Positions 26,343 through 40,388 of a stretch of DNA of 64,000 nt are shown piece by piece. Position 1 is the first letter of the stretch; every line of letters starts with the position of its first letter. A program made the translations under genes and the position numbers. This DNA comes from the human T2T-CHM13v2.0 reference genome, Homo sapiens: the NCBI RefSeq assembly GCF_009914755.1, contig NC_060931.1. One strand, written 5' to 3'. The notes beneath the pieces are model-generated. The model was not told where the DNA came from and searched no databases. It worked only from the letters and a program-made list of their open reading frames with translations.

Positions 26343-27054
26343 ATTTCTTAAGTTCTTATAATATCTTTTAATTTATATTTTATGATATGCTGCAAAGAAT
26401 AGGACTAACTGGACCAGGGATATTCAGATTTTTAGCAACCTTGCTGAGAATTTTTAATTGTTTTCCAAAAGAGTAATGTCAATATATCCTGCCACCAAAA
26501 AAACAAACAAAAAAAAAACTATGAATTTACCAACAGCAGCATAAATCTACCATTATCACTCCTCTTGTATTATTTGGTTAAAAGGTGGTATTAATTTGTA
26601 CCTGCATTTTGTTTTGTTTTTTAGCTTTCAAACTTAATATGTTTAATCAATTTGTGTGAACTCTCTGTTCATTAATTATGATCAACTTTCTATTGGAGTG
26701 CTGGTTTTTTTCTTGCCATTTTTCAGTGAGAATACCTATTAATTTTCTGTCATACTTAAACCATTTCTGTTTGGTTTTTTTTGAATTTTATTTCTATTAG
26801 GTATATTATACTTGTTTGGTAGAAGTCTCTTATTTTTATGTTTCATATCTGTTGTTTCCTTTAAGATTTCGTATATTGGCCCAAAATTTTGGAATCATAA
26901 AAACCTTCTGATATACACTTTACTTCTCTTTACTTCTATATTCATTTCCAGGATTTGTCCATGTCATTTATTTCTTCAAATACTCACGTCTTAGATTTAT
27001 TTATCTATTTTGTTTTTGTGTGTTTTCTATTTTTTTCTTTTATCACATTTTTAA

Positions 27055-27450
27055 GGTGGCCTCAGTTGCCAGATACAGAATCTCAATTCAAATCAGCATG
27101 AACAACACTTGATGATTTATTTAAAAGACATTTGGGTAGTTCACAGATTCGAAGGCCAAGATGAAGAGTGACGAGGGTGGAGGAGGCCTAAGAGGGGAAA
27201 ACTGCCTTCCTCTCTTTTTCTCTCCTAACTCCAGGAGCTCAGACTATTATTTTTTCCATTGGCCTAAATTTTGCCCTGCTGAAGAGAACAGGACAGCTCA
27301 GGCCTGAAGTTCTGCAGCTCCATCACTCAAGGCAATGATGAGCCCTCTTCCAGAAGCACCCAGTAAAGTCCAGGGAAGGGCCCAACTGGCCCAGCTTGGG
27401 ACCCCTGCTGGCCCAGCAGATGGAATCCTATAACAACTGGTGAGTGTTGC
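27055..27450 (-). mobile_element. Old MLT1-like LTR fragment
   Basis: CAGTTGCCAGATACAGAATCTCAATTCAAATCAGC...GATTTATT resembles the antisense MLT1J/K terminus. Confidence 0.4.
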
Positions 27451-30389
27451 CTCTAGAAGACACTTCTTCATTCTCACCTAGTGAGAAGGCACTAAAACTC
27501 AACATTGGTTTTGAGCTCTTCATGGTACAAAGCCTCCTAGAAGTCTGAACCAGGCAAAAGGCTGACCTCCAAAGTCAGGCAGTGGTCTCATCATTAAGAG
27601 GTGCTGGGAAGCTTCCTGATGACCCCCCTTCCTGCCATGCCCTGTGTTCTCCCGGAAATGACCGTGAGCACCTGCTACTGCTGGAGAGCAGGGATTTCCC
27701 AGGCTGCTGTAGGACGCAGGCTCCCAAGGAATCTCACATCTACCATTCATCTTTGGAAAGAGATTCTCTAAGTCAGGACTCCTTGGTTTTATTTGACCAA
27801 ATTGAAAAGCTTTTGGATCGAGCTTTCCTTTGTTATTATAACAGCAGTAGGAAGACCAAGAAAGCAGTATTCTTTACAGAATACTCTACTTTGCCTGAAT
27901 ATCATGGTCTGCTCATGCTATTTACTACATAGTAATTTAACAAATTTCCTGGGCTCCCTTCTTAAATAAGTACGCTTTTTTAGTAATTCACTCCTCATTG
28001 GATACCACATTGCAATACCTAATGATAACTTTTAAGACACATTCTGGGAGGGGAGGGTAACAGGCTTCTCTCTGCTCTCTTATATACTTCTGTTTCTCCA
28101 GTTCATGTTGGTTAATTTTATTTGCATCATTTGGAGCTTTGATTTTAGTCAGCATTATTAATAATTTACTCTTTGACTTAATGGGGCTGCTGAGGGGATG
28201 AGACAGGTCTGATTGAAGCAGTGTGAGCTCCCTGGTATGGACAGCTATGGGCATCGTGTGTGTTGCCAAGTGCATTACAGAGTAATAAATGTATAACGAG
28301 TTGGGCCGTCTGGGTGTGCTAAAAATGAACTCTGAGTTAAGTAAGAGAAGCATTTCCATTGTGCTGCCTGTGCTACTAAGGAGCCCTTTCTGTGAACTGT
28401 CCTGAGCTACAGACTTGTTCAGAATCCACTTCTGAGAATGGGTGCAGTGTGTTTAAATGACTAGCCTTTGTGCCTGTAAACCCTGAATTATTTTAGAAGT
28501 TGGTTCTAATTATTTAGAACTGTGTCTAAATAAGTTACTTTACTCAGGAGAGATCTGTATCCCTGTTCCTAACCATGCACCATGGAACAGGTCTTTGGGT
28601 GCTACTCAAAATCTCTCCTTTCATTTATTTAGTTAGGCGTGGTCTAAACTGCACCAGTATAGCTTGTGGATGTGAAATGGTTAAACAGTAAAACCTCAAA
28701 TGTGTGCAGCTGTGGGTTGGGAGAGCTGGAGTCTTCACCAGCTGGACACAGACAATGTGGGAGAGAGAACCACATTCACAATGGGGGAGAATTTGTTGTC
28801 TATACTCTAGACAAGTCTGGTTTCCCTCACACTAAATCCAGAGTAGTCTTCAGATTGGAGGGAGAAAACTCATGTCCAGGTAACAATACAGAATATTCTA
28901 GAAAGACTAAGCTAGAGGAAAGACTCTCCCTTACATTCAGTGGCAACCAAACAGATTTAAACACAGGGGTGGGTGACTGTCCTTAAGATATAAGTGTCAA
29001 TCAGTTGCAGAGAGAGGCTGAGAATCTTTTCAGTTGGGGTGAAAAACTCCAGTCAAGAAACAGCCCCTTTGTCATGGACAAGGTGTGGAGCAGGAACAGG
29101 GGTGCTCCAAAGGGACTCAACAATGATGAAGACCTGAGAATTCCAGACAATGACAAAAAATAGGACCAACAGCAGTCCCTCCACTGCACTCAGCTGAGAG
29201 CTTCACCAGCAGAGGGGGAGTGAAGGCTAATGTCAGACACATTGAGCAATTAACTAGTTATTTTTATACACATAATCATAAGAACCCCTGAGTTACAGTC
29301 ATCTATTGCAATCCAAATCGGTAGACCATCACCAGAAACTCAGTCTGCATGGAGTGCCCTGATGTCATACTTAATGACAACTTTTTAGACATATTTTTTT
29401 AAATCAAGCTTTTCTCTATTATTTTAAGAAGAATAAGGAGACCAGGAAAGCAGGTTTCTTTGCAGAATTTTGCCTGAAAGTCACTGTCTGTGCTATTTAA
29501 TTTATTACAGAAATATATTACAGGATTTCCAAATTTTTAAAAAGGTGAAGCAGAATTAGCTTTGGATTAAATTTTCTGCTATTTCTATATACTTCTAGGA
29601 TTTCATTGTATTCAACACAGTACTTCACCAGCAGGTAGGAAGGAAAGGGACATTTAGTCCAGCCCTCTCTGCTCTCCGCTCTTGACTAACTCCATCCGTT
29701 AGAGTGGGAATGGGTCGTGTCTTCAATGCAGCTTGCTCAGGAGGAAGTGGGCAGGAAGATCAGTCACCATTGCAGCTATCCCCTCAGCAGCAAGGCAGGA
29801 GTTCTCCTCTGGCCACAAACCCCGTGGACACTGAGGAACGGCAGCCCTCTTCACCGTGTGGGGCCACAGTGATGAGATCAACCCATGGGCCCCTCCTGCC
29901 GATTCTGCCACAAATGGGCCCAAGTGGCAGCCTGTGAGTGCCAAGGACAGAATTAGCTACCATCCTGGAATAGGGACCCTATCTTTGTTTGTTCATCCAG
30001 TCAACATGTATTGAGCATCTATCATGAGTCTAGATACCAGAAGGAAGCTCCAGATCCTGCTCTTGAAATCGCACACATCATGTTCACAAAATCTTGGGCA
30101 TGTACAGCAAGGATAGGGAGGAGATCTAAGCAGCTCCATCTTGGAAGGACGATGGGGTCCTGAAAGGGATTTCTGAAACTTACTCTTCTCATCCTGCAGA
30201 GCAAAGTTTAAACATTTGTCTGAAGAAACAGAGAAAAAAAGAACAGCTGTGCAGAATAAACCCATTAAGTTCTTACAGAACAACCTATTTAATTAAGTGC
30301 TTGACATGTGCCAGGTATCATTCTAATTACTCTACACACCTATTTAATCATCACTTTACACTGCCTTAGGCCTGTGTACCAGGCATATC

Positions 30390-30595
30390 TCTGTGTACTT
30401 TAAAATATGAAATAATTCAATTCTCTAAGCAATCTTATGAAGGGTACTGTTACTATCCCGATTTTACAGATGAGAAAATTGAGACACAGAGAAGCTAAAT
30501 AATTTGCCTAGGGACACACAGCAAGTAAGAGGAAGAGCCAGGATTCAAACACAGGCAATCTCACCGTGGACTCCATGCTTCTAACTCCAGTGCCT
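30390..30595 (-). mobile_element. MIR
   Basis: ATTTTACAGATGAGAAAATTGAGACACAGAGAAGCTAAATAATTTGCC...GAGCCAGGATTCAAAC. Confidence 0.85.
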
Positions 30596-30779
30596 TATCC
30601 CAGGTAGAGAAGCAGCAAATGTCAGGCACAGCAGCAGGACTGGAGGTGTCTGTTTCAGTAAGAACCCATCCCTATTACCAGATATTCAAACAGGGAGACA
30701 GTTGTAGTACCTTCCACTGGGCTGTGGGGTTGAGGGGAGAGCTTATAATGGAAAAGGAAAAGTAAATTCATACCAGACG

Positions 30780-30950
30780 TGGGATTTCAAGTCTTAGCTT
30801 CACAAACTACCAGCTGTTCTGAGCCTCAGTTTTACCCATCTGCAAAATGGGGATAATGATATCTCCCTCGTAGAAGCATGATGAGAACTCAGTGATGCAT
30901 GAATAACTATTCACACAGTGTCTAGCACAAATTTGGTGAGTAGCAAATAC
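30780..30950 (+). mobile_element. MIR
   Basis: CTGAGCCTCAGTTTTACCCATCTGCAAAATGGGGATAATGATA. Confidence 0.8.
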
Positions 30951-33429
30951 TCTCACTTCTATAGCCCAGGTCACGCCTTCCTGGATGGAGATTTACTGTG
31001 AAGCCGGATCAGGCAACACTCCTTCCTCAAGTGTCCCCAGCGTACCTGTGGCACCTGGAAAGCTGCCGCTAACAGCTTCTGCTGAACACGCAGACACAGA
31101 GGCTGTTCAGACCACAGTGATGTGACCAGGTAAGATCTGAGGCTCTTTCTGGTTCAAACAGTTTATGCTCCAGGAATCAAGATTATCATAATTACGGTAA
31201 TTATCCATAATTATGATATAATCCATAATCCATAATTGGTATAATCCATGTGGTATAATCCATAATTATCCTCTTGTCATTATCATTGACAAGTTAATCA
31301 ATAATCACAGAATAAAAATATATTGACATTGGAAAATTAGTTGAAGACTATCTTGGGCAAACTTCCTTTGCCTTTGATGTAACATATTAGCAGGAAACTA
31401 ATAAAGTGAATGCAATACACTTGTTGAAATACAAGGAAAAATGTGTCATTACTCAATTCCAATAAAGTCCAGAAATAAAAAGAAATAATAACTTGTGAAA
31501 AAACTAGTAGTGATGTTGGGGAAAGGAGAATCTTACTTGTTTAATGTCACCTTGTAAGACTGAAATTTTTACAAAATGCAGTAGAAGATTCAAAATTTTC
31601 AGAATGTCTAAACAGAAAACTTTATTTTAGTATTTTCTGTCTAAAACTAAAAAAAAAAAAAGTTTTAGACAGGAAAAAAGTACATTGTTGCTGTCCAGAT
31701 AGTGACAAATGGTGTCAAATGTTAATACCTAGCAGCTACTACCACTACATGTAAACCTGCTTTAATAGTCACTATGGAAGATTATGTAAGTAAAGTGATT
31801 GGGAGAAGAGAAAGAAAAAAAAGAGGAAGGGAAGGTGAGGCAAGAGATGATATGTTTTTCTAGTCTGATTTTACAATGGCTCAATTACTCTCTTTTACAC
31901 TTCATTTACTCTGTGCTTCTAAATTTATACAGCTCACGAATGGGCCCCACCTCCCCTGGAATATTGCCCATCAGACTCCATATCTTAAAACACCACACCT
32001 CTGGCAGAGCTCCTGACCTTCTTTAGTGGTTGAGCTGATTGATCTCATTAATTGGCAAAAATCTATTTATTTCTTCTCTAATAAATACTTCCTATTAATT
32101 CGATTAATCTCTTTCCTAGAACATATGCTAAATTTAGAGAAGATTCTTCAACCGCAGAGGTACCATGATGCAGGAATATTTCTGTAATAGCAAATTCATT
32201 CTTTCCAGAACATTAGCCCAGAATTTTTAATAACCTTAGGAGCTATCAGATTTGCACACCACGACAATGGCTAAGTCTCCAACCCAATTTATCCTCTTAC
32301 TCAGATACCCACTTTAACTAATTCTCGTGCTAGAAATGTATCCATTTTAAATTGGGAATTTAGAGGTCTCCTTGATAGAAAGCAGTAAAATAGTACGCTC
32401 TAATTTCAGGCATGTCTAATGGAAATCTTATTCCTAAACTGTTATTAAATTACTGGGATATTGTGCTTGTGGTTTATGTGACCCGTTACATATGGCAACA
32501 TCTCTATTTAAATGTCATCTTGGGCCATCTTTTCAAAGACACATCAAAAAAATAACAAGAGCTATCGCTAATAAAGAAACTCATTTCTTAACAGTTCTCA
32601 ATCAAATAAATTCTTTCCTTATTGGACGGTCAACAAATTAAACAATCAACAAATGTTCATTAAGCATCACAGGGGCAGGAGGGTCTATATATACTCCAAT
32701 CAACTCACCCTGGCCCTCCTGGCAGAGATGGACTGAAAAAGAACTTTACACTTCCTCTTCCTTTCCCTTCTCATCCCTTTGTACATCCAATCCTTGGCTC
32801 CCGCATTATCTAATTATGTTCAATAACCATACAGAAAACGCAGCTCCTGAGTTTTGCAGGGAAAAAAGAAAACATACTAAATTTGCTTATAACAGAATTC
32901 CATGTAAGAGAAATTTGCATCTGGGCAGCGACTGGGTAGTAACAGAAGTTTTAGCAAAACTGAAGGACCCACTACTATGGGGGATTAAGGGGCACACAGA
33001 AAGTCTTTGGTGTTTTGGAACCAACCTGTATTCCAGAAGAAGAATCAGCCTCACAGAATGAATACTCACCCCTCTCCCATCTCACCCTCTGCCGTCTGAT
33101 TCCCAACCTTTCCTTTTCTCTTGCACATTAGTTTAGCTGTCTCCTTTCTGGGCTAATCTTTGACCACACCAATGTCCTTGGCATCAAATCTTCACATGGG
33201 TTTCTTGTTTTGTTAAACAAAGACACTTTCTTTGTTTTATTTTTTTTAATTATTAAGATGCCTCAAAATTGTGTTGCATGAGAATAGCCAAAAATTGAGG
33301 AAGAAAACTCTTAAATTTACATCAATAGGGAAATAATTAAATAAAAAAGATGTATCCATTCAATGTAACACTATGCATTTTAAAAATAATGATATAGAAT
33401 TGTATGTTTGAAGTTCAAAATTGTTCATG

Positions 33430-36400
33430 AGATTATAATTTTTTTTAACTACTGAGTAGACACAATAATATAAAATATACATAAAGTATAATGATTAGTC
33501 ATGCAACAGTCATGAACTTAGCACTTGAGAAAATACTCATCATCCTTACTCTGAAGTCCTGGGGATGTCTCTAATCTTATTCTCTTCTGTACCTACTCAG
33601 AAAAAATCATTATCCTGAATCTTAGGTTTATTTCCTTATGTTCTTCAGAAAATTATTGTTATTTTCCAACATCTATTAAATAATATATGTCTTTGGATTT
33701 ATAGGAATGGAAGTATAACTTTTATATTCTTTTGTGATTTGCTTTTTCCACTGAAGACTAAGTTCCTGACATTCATCTGTATTGATGTGTAGCGTAGAGT
33801 CAGCTCACTTCACCTGCTTTGTGGCCTCCCAATACAAGCATACATCACAATTTTTAAAAATATTCACTTCCCAGTGGACCTTCTGGTTTCTTAAATCTTT
33901 TGTTATTACAAAGGGTGCTACTAGAAATAATATTCTTAAATACTTCAATTTTTGCTAATTTGATAATATTCTAATACAGTTTTAATTTGCATTTCTCTAA
34001 TTATGAATGAGATTAAGCATCTTTTTATGTGCTTGTAAGTCATTTATGTTTCTCCTAGACCCCTTCCTTACACCTTATACAAAAATTTACTCAAGATGGA
34101 TTAAAGACTTAAATGTAAAGCCCAAAACCATAAAAACCCTAGAAGAAAACACAGGCAATACCATTCAGGACACAGGCATAGGCAAGACTTCATGACTAAA
34201 ACACCAAAAGCAATTGCAACAAAAGCCAAAATTGACGAATGGAACCTAATCAAATCACAGAGCTTCTGCACAGCAAAATAAACTATCATTAGAAAGAACA
34301 GACAAACCAGAGAACAGGAGAAAATTTTTGCAAGCTACCCATCTGACAAAGGTCTAATATCCAGAATCTACAAGGAACTTAAACCAATTTACAAGAAAAA
34401 AAACAAACAACCCATCAAAAAGTGGGCAAAGGTTATGAACAGACACTTCTCAAAAGAAGACATTTATGTGGCCAACAAACATATGAAAAAAAGCTCATCA
34501 TCACTGGTTATTAGAGAAATGCAAATCAAAACCACCATGAGATACCAACTCACGCCAGTTAGAATGGTGATTATTAAAAAGTCAGGAAACAACAGATGCT
34601 GGTGAGGCTGTGGAGAAATAAGAACGCTTTTACATTGTTGGTGGCAGTGTAAATTAGTTCAATCACTGTGGAAGATAGTGTGGTGATTCCTCAAGGATCT
34701 AGAACCAGAAATATCATTTGACCCAGCAATCCCATTACTGGGTGTATACCCAAAGGATTATAAATCATTCTACTGTAAAGACACATTCACATGTATGTTT
34801 ATTGCAGCACTACTTACCATAGCAAAGACATGGAATCAACCTAGATGCCCATCAATGGTGGACTGGATAAAGAAAATGTGACCTATATACACCATGGAAT
34901 ACTATGCAGCCATTAAAAAGAATGAGTTCATGTCCTTTGCAGGGACATGGATGAAGCTGAAAGCCATCATTCTCAGCAAACTAACACAGAAGCAGAAAAA
35001 CCAGACACCGCATGTTCTCACTCATAAGTGGGAGTTGAAAAATGAGAACACATGGACACAAGGAGGGGAACGTCACACACCAGAGCCGATTGGGGGTTAG
35101 GGGGCAGGGGGAGGGAGAGCATTAGGACAAATACCTAATGCATGTGGGGCTTAAAACCTAGATGATGGGTTGATGGGTGCAGCAAGCCACCCATGGCACA
35201 TGTATACCTATGTAACAAACCTGCACGTTCTGCTCATGTATCCCAGAACTTAAAGTAAAATTTAAAAAAATTAAAATAAGTCATTTATGTTTCTTTTTTG
35301 TAAGTGTCTATTCAAGCCTTTTGTCCATTTTGCTATTATTTTTATTATCAATTTTAAAAATCTGAGTTGGAGGGTAGATTTTTTTCTAAAGCAAATGTTT
35401 GGTAGTTCACAATTTTATCTGTGATAATTTTATTTTAGAGAAATGGACTGAGAAAAGATTTAATTTTCATTTTTTTCCTGTGTGGATAACAAACTAGTCA
35501 TACCACATAGGTATGAGTGTGTTTCTAGGCTCTCTTCTGTTCCATTGATCTGTTTAATTTCAATACCAGACCATTTTAATCACTGTTATTCATAATATTT
35601 CTTGTTGGCTGTTAAGGCATATGGCCCCACATTTTTTAGGATTTTCTTAGCTATCCTTAACTCTTGGAGCTCCTGACATACATATTAAAATTATCTTATC
35701 AAGCTCTTTAAGAAGAGGATGTTTGATTGGGATTGTATTGAATTTCTAAATCAATTTGAAAAAAATAACATCTTTAAAATATCAAGTTTTTTGATCTATG
35801 AACATGGTATATCTATTTAAGTGTATGATAGTACATTTACCTATATTTCCATCTAGACTTGTGTGTCCTTTTCTGTTTCTATATTATGAGGCGATTTCTT
35901 AGTTTAAAAGCTTGGAATAATTATATTTTTCTGATCAGGTTGTAATGATTCTCTTATTTTTTTCATAATATCCTTTACCTTAGAGTCTCTTTTGTTTAAT
36001 AGGAATAAAGCTGCACCTGTTTTTATTTGTTTCTTTGTTGTTGGTTTTTTGTTTGTTTTTGTTTGTTATTTTGGTCTCTATTTGGCTATGATATATTTAC
36101 CCACAGTTTCACTTTTAATCCTTCTGATAACTTGTATTATATGTCTATTGTAAAAGGTACATAGCTTGCTTTGTGTTTAAAATCCACTGCAAATCTAGTT
36201 CAATCTCAACTACAGAATTTGGCCTACTGAAATTTCTTTCAAGTAAGGACGTATTCTAATTTATTTCTTTTACTTTATGTTTTCTATTTGTACTGCTTTT
36301 TATTTTTTTACTCTCGCTTCCTTTTGGATTTAGGGGTTTTCTTCACTACCGGTTTGGAAGTTATCTACCTTATTCCTGTTTTTTAGTGGTCACCATAGAA

Positions 36401-36450
36401 GTGTTAACATGCATACTTAATATGAAAAGTTAATAAATATTTTTACCTCA
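33430..36450 (-). mobile_element. Ancient L1ME-type fragments (host of the L1PA)
   Basis: Antisense L1 motifs (GTTTTAATTTGCATTTCTCTAATTA; TTGATTGGGATTGTATTGAATT). Confidence 0.6.
34054..35276 (+). mobile_element. 5'-truncated L1PA (~PA8-PA10), 1.2 kb
   Basis: High similarity to the L1 ORF2 C-terminus and 3'UTR; the ORF track shows [11 protein letters not shown] and MEYYAAIKKNEFMSFAGTWM. Perfect 18-bp TSD TAAGTCATTTATGTTTCT at 34036-34053 and 35277-35294. Confidence 0.95.
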
Positions 36451-36914
36451 ATCCAAATCATGTTGAGACCTGAGAACATCTCCGCTTCAGACCTTTTCCT
36501 CCTAATCCTGACTTATATGCCTATTGCCACAGCTGCAACTCAACAAAGACTGGCCAGTGCCTTCGATTTCATCCAGATGGTAGTTTTCCTGAAGCTGAAA
36601 TTCATTTCTATATTGGCACAGCCCCACCTCTCTCCTCCCAGGATCTCCCATCACCAGCTTTGGATGTAACTAGAAGGAGTTTATCCTCAGGCTTTGGTGA
36701 AATCAGAGAAAGTCAGAGGAGAAAACTGCTATACTTGACTACGTCTTTGCCAGGATGAAGATGACCAGGGAATATTCTTGTACCATATCTGCCCATCACT
36801 GAATCCAGTCCATGTGGGATTAGACTGTAGAAATTAAGAGTTGTGTCTATTACATATTCTATGTTTTTGGGCTCTATTTCTGGTTGTAAGAATATTCTAA
36901 GGTTCTTTTTAGAG

Positions 36915-37010
36915 AGGGGAACTTTGAGGCTCTAAGAGAGGAAGTGACTGAGGTCACCCAGGAGTCAGTTGGCAGAACCAGAAATAGACCCCAGGTCTCA
37001 TTCTCAGTTC
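36915..37010 (-). mobile_element. MIR core
   Basis: GAGGCTCTAAGAGAGGAAGTGACTGAGGTCACCCAG...GGCAGAACCAGAAATAGACCCCAGGTCT. Confidence 0.6.
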
Positions 37011-37627
37011 AGACAAGGCAGCATGTTCTGCTCTGATGTTGAGTGAAAAAGAAGAGAGAGGGAGAGAATTTTCAACAGACCATATCTGTGAAGTGGAAGC
37101 AAGAGAATTATTTTCCTTAGAACAGACCTTTCTTCTCCCCTTCCCCTCAAGCCTGTCTGAAACTCCTCTGCTAACTGGCTTGAGCACTTGGAATATTCCA
37201 GATGTAAGAAACGCAGACGGGCAAGAGCACCAGCCACCCTCCCACAGCTGCAGCCCAGATCTTGTGATTTCCGCCAGGCTCAAGCTTGGCCTCTTGGTTT
37301 CTCCTTGTCCCGTGTGCTGATTGTGGGAAAATTCTGCGTGGGACACGTCTTTTCTTCAGCACTCTGGGAGTTTGCCACTCCGGCCTCCCCCTCCCGAGGA
37401 CAGCAGCAGACGTGCACATCTGCTTAGGGGCAGGGCTGGCAGTTCCCAGACTACTCCTGGAAGCTGCAGTAGAAGATACAGTTTACTCTGAGCTTCCGTC
37501 TTGTGCACCTCTGAAGTCCCCAAGGATAGGGCCTTCCAGAACAGAGAAAGCGTGGCATGCTCTGCTCCCAAATTCCTTGGGAGAAGAGGTTTCATTGTCC
37601 TTGGTTTCTTCGGCTTGTAAAACTTTT

Positions 37628-37953
<326 letters not shown>

Positions 37954-40261
37954 AAAACTTTTATTCTCTGGTGAGGTTGTTTGAGGCTCTCCATGCAATC
38001 TCCCGAAAAAGAGACCGAGGCCCACACAGCATGAGAGGAGAGAAATGAGTACAAGCTAAACGCAGTCTCTTCTGATGGCCTCTCTTTCCCAGAAATAAGA
38101 GGTTATAGAGAAAACACAAATGGAATCTAAATCTGGTAAGATTTGCAGAACCTCAAGGTTTCGCTGGGTCAGGAACAGGGTAAAAATAGTCTCTGAGGAT
38201 GAATCCTGGCCAGGAAAATAGAGACAAGTGAAGGACAGGGAAATACATTGTAAAATTTCACTTTTTCCAGCTTCCTATTTGGTTTCACTCTGAATTTTCT
38301 CTGAATCATTTATTTCTCACACCGCCTTCATAGCACTACAAGGAGCCAGCTACAGTACCAGAATCCAGGAGATGGAGGCATGAGGGCTTTTCAAATGTCC
38401 AGTGGTAAAAGGTATAGTAAAAATAGATCCCAGAAGTAGGCAACATACCCACAAAGCTGGCCAGACAAAGTCCTGGGATGCAGGAACCCAGCCACTCAGC
38501 ACAAAAGACAGCCATGGAGCTCGCAGTGCAGACGCAAGGGCCCCGAGAAGAGGAACAGCCAAAGGTCACCTCGTTTTTGGAATGCTTCCAGCTATCCCAA
38601 ACAAGCAAATGACGATCACATTTCTGAAAATCCTCACCACGGGGGCATTCCTGCTTCCCCTGACGGCTGGTTCCTTTCCACTGGCCAGTTGTTTCAGACA
38701 CTTATGTCAATTTTCCTGGGGGCAAGCCTGTTCCATTTTCATCTAGTTCCTCATTCTCTCCAGAGGGCGTTATTATGTGCTAGGGTCATAGAGCCAAATA
38801 GATGGACTTGAAGATACCATTCCTCTGCCATTATGGTCATAATCGTCTTTTTATAAAGGACTGCCTAAAGAAATTCAGCCGTGAAGGTCAGCAATAGCAA
38901 CAATAACTCACAGTTTAACCATTTGCACTTTGGATAATTAGTCAGGAGGAGAGTAACGGAGACCCATTCAGCTACCTAAAGTAAAAATTTGCGTTTGGTT
39001 TTATTTTCTATGTTTCTTTCCAGAATGAGGTGAGTCCCATGGTGTCCAGGGGCAGAGAGGCACCCGAGGCCTTTCAGAAGTTAGAAGGAGAAACAAGAAA
39101 GTCCCAGTGAGCTCAGCAGGAACCTCGGCCCCTCTCCTGCCTCCAGCAGGCCTTAACAGAGTCTTCTCTCTTCCTCTCTAGGGCCTCTCATTCCTATAAC
39201 TCTGCAAAGGCATGTGCCTGTTGTGTTATACATATGAACACATATGAAAGCCCAAACCTCTGTTTCACAGCCTTCCTTGGCTATCAATCAGCATGTTAGG
39301 TGCCAATGCCAAATTCCTGGGGGTGAAAATCTAACTGACCCATTTGGAGTTAGGGGGCTGCCCCAGGTCCAATAAACAATGCCAAGAAGGTGGGGGGCTA
39401 CAGGGTGAGATAGAGATACCTGCCCACTTTTTTAGTGAGACCTATGTAGACTTCCAAAACCTATCCATTACAGAGACTGGCTAAGAACTTTCACAGACTT
39501 AAAGTAGTTAATAAGCTTTGTCCGTCCTACCCTGTATAAGAAAATGGCAGCTCTAGAACCTTGGAGGAGAGATTACATGAGCACTTATATTCTTCCTTGG
39601 CACTCTTTACTTTGGCTAGGATTAAGCCTCAATGTGTGAGAAACTTTTGAGTGGGCCTGAGCCCTCCCTGGGTGTGGTCAATGGTAGCCCACATCCTGTC
39701 CGCTGAACAGATCAGTGTGTTAATGGGCCATGGGTTAGTTCACGCAGGGATCAGTTAGTAGTAGGTGGGTCCCCTGCACAGGTTTGTCCCCAGTACTAAA
39801 CCCATTCCCACTATGCTGCTGGCCACAGGAAAGCATGAGCCAGTCAGTTTGGACAGCCAGCCTCCATCTGTCACTTGTCAGAAGGAAGTCGCAAAGCCCA
39901 AGCACTCTGTATCATCTTTGTAAAGATGAAATAAAGAACTGAATTATTACTTGGAGGATAGAAGACAGGTAGAATACAAAGCCATAATGATGTCCACATT
40001 TCAATAATCTCTTAATTCACCAAATGATTTATAAAGAAGCCCCTGACTAGCATACATCTCCTCCTCTGCATAGCATTTATCACCCTGAGTGGAATTTGAT
40101 CTCATTTCTGTCTTCCTCAGTAAATACTGGTGTTCTTGAATGAAAGCAGCATATTGTAGCCTCTTGTAGGCTTGGGGCCCAGCCCAGGATTTGGCATGTC
40201 GCTATAAACAGTTGACAGTGGATGGATGAAGAAATGATGAATGGAGGGAAACATTTAGGGA

Positions 40262-40388
40262 TTAAAGGTCTGAAAGAAAACAGGAAGGGACTGAAAGGAA
40301 AGCGAAGGAAGGAGGGATGGAGGAAGGAAAGAAGGAAAGAAGGAAGGAAGGAGGGAGGAAGGAGGGGAGGGGAGGGAGGGAAGGAGGG
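40262..40388 (+). repeat. GGAA/GGGA-rich low-complexity tract after an L2 3' end
   Basis: GAAGGAAAGAAGGAAGGAAGGAGGGAGGAAGGAGGGGAGGGGAGGGAGGG. Confidence 0.85.

Noticed and set aside
30914-30952. Perfect RSS heptamer CACAGTG (also CACTGTG at 60311)
   Set aside because: No nonamer at 12 or 23 bp spacing; isolated heptamers are expected by chance.
34007-35100. ORFs with L1 ORF2-like peptides
   Set aside because: Fragments of a 5'-truncated, frameshifted L1PA; not functional genes.
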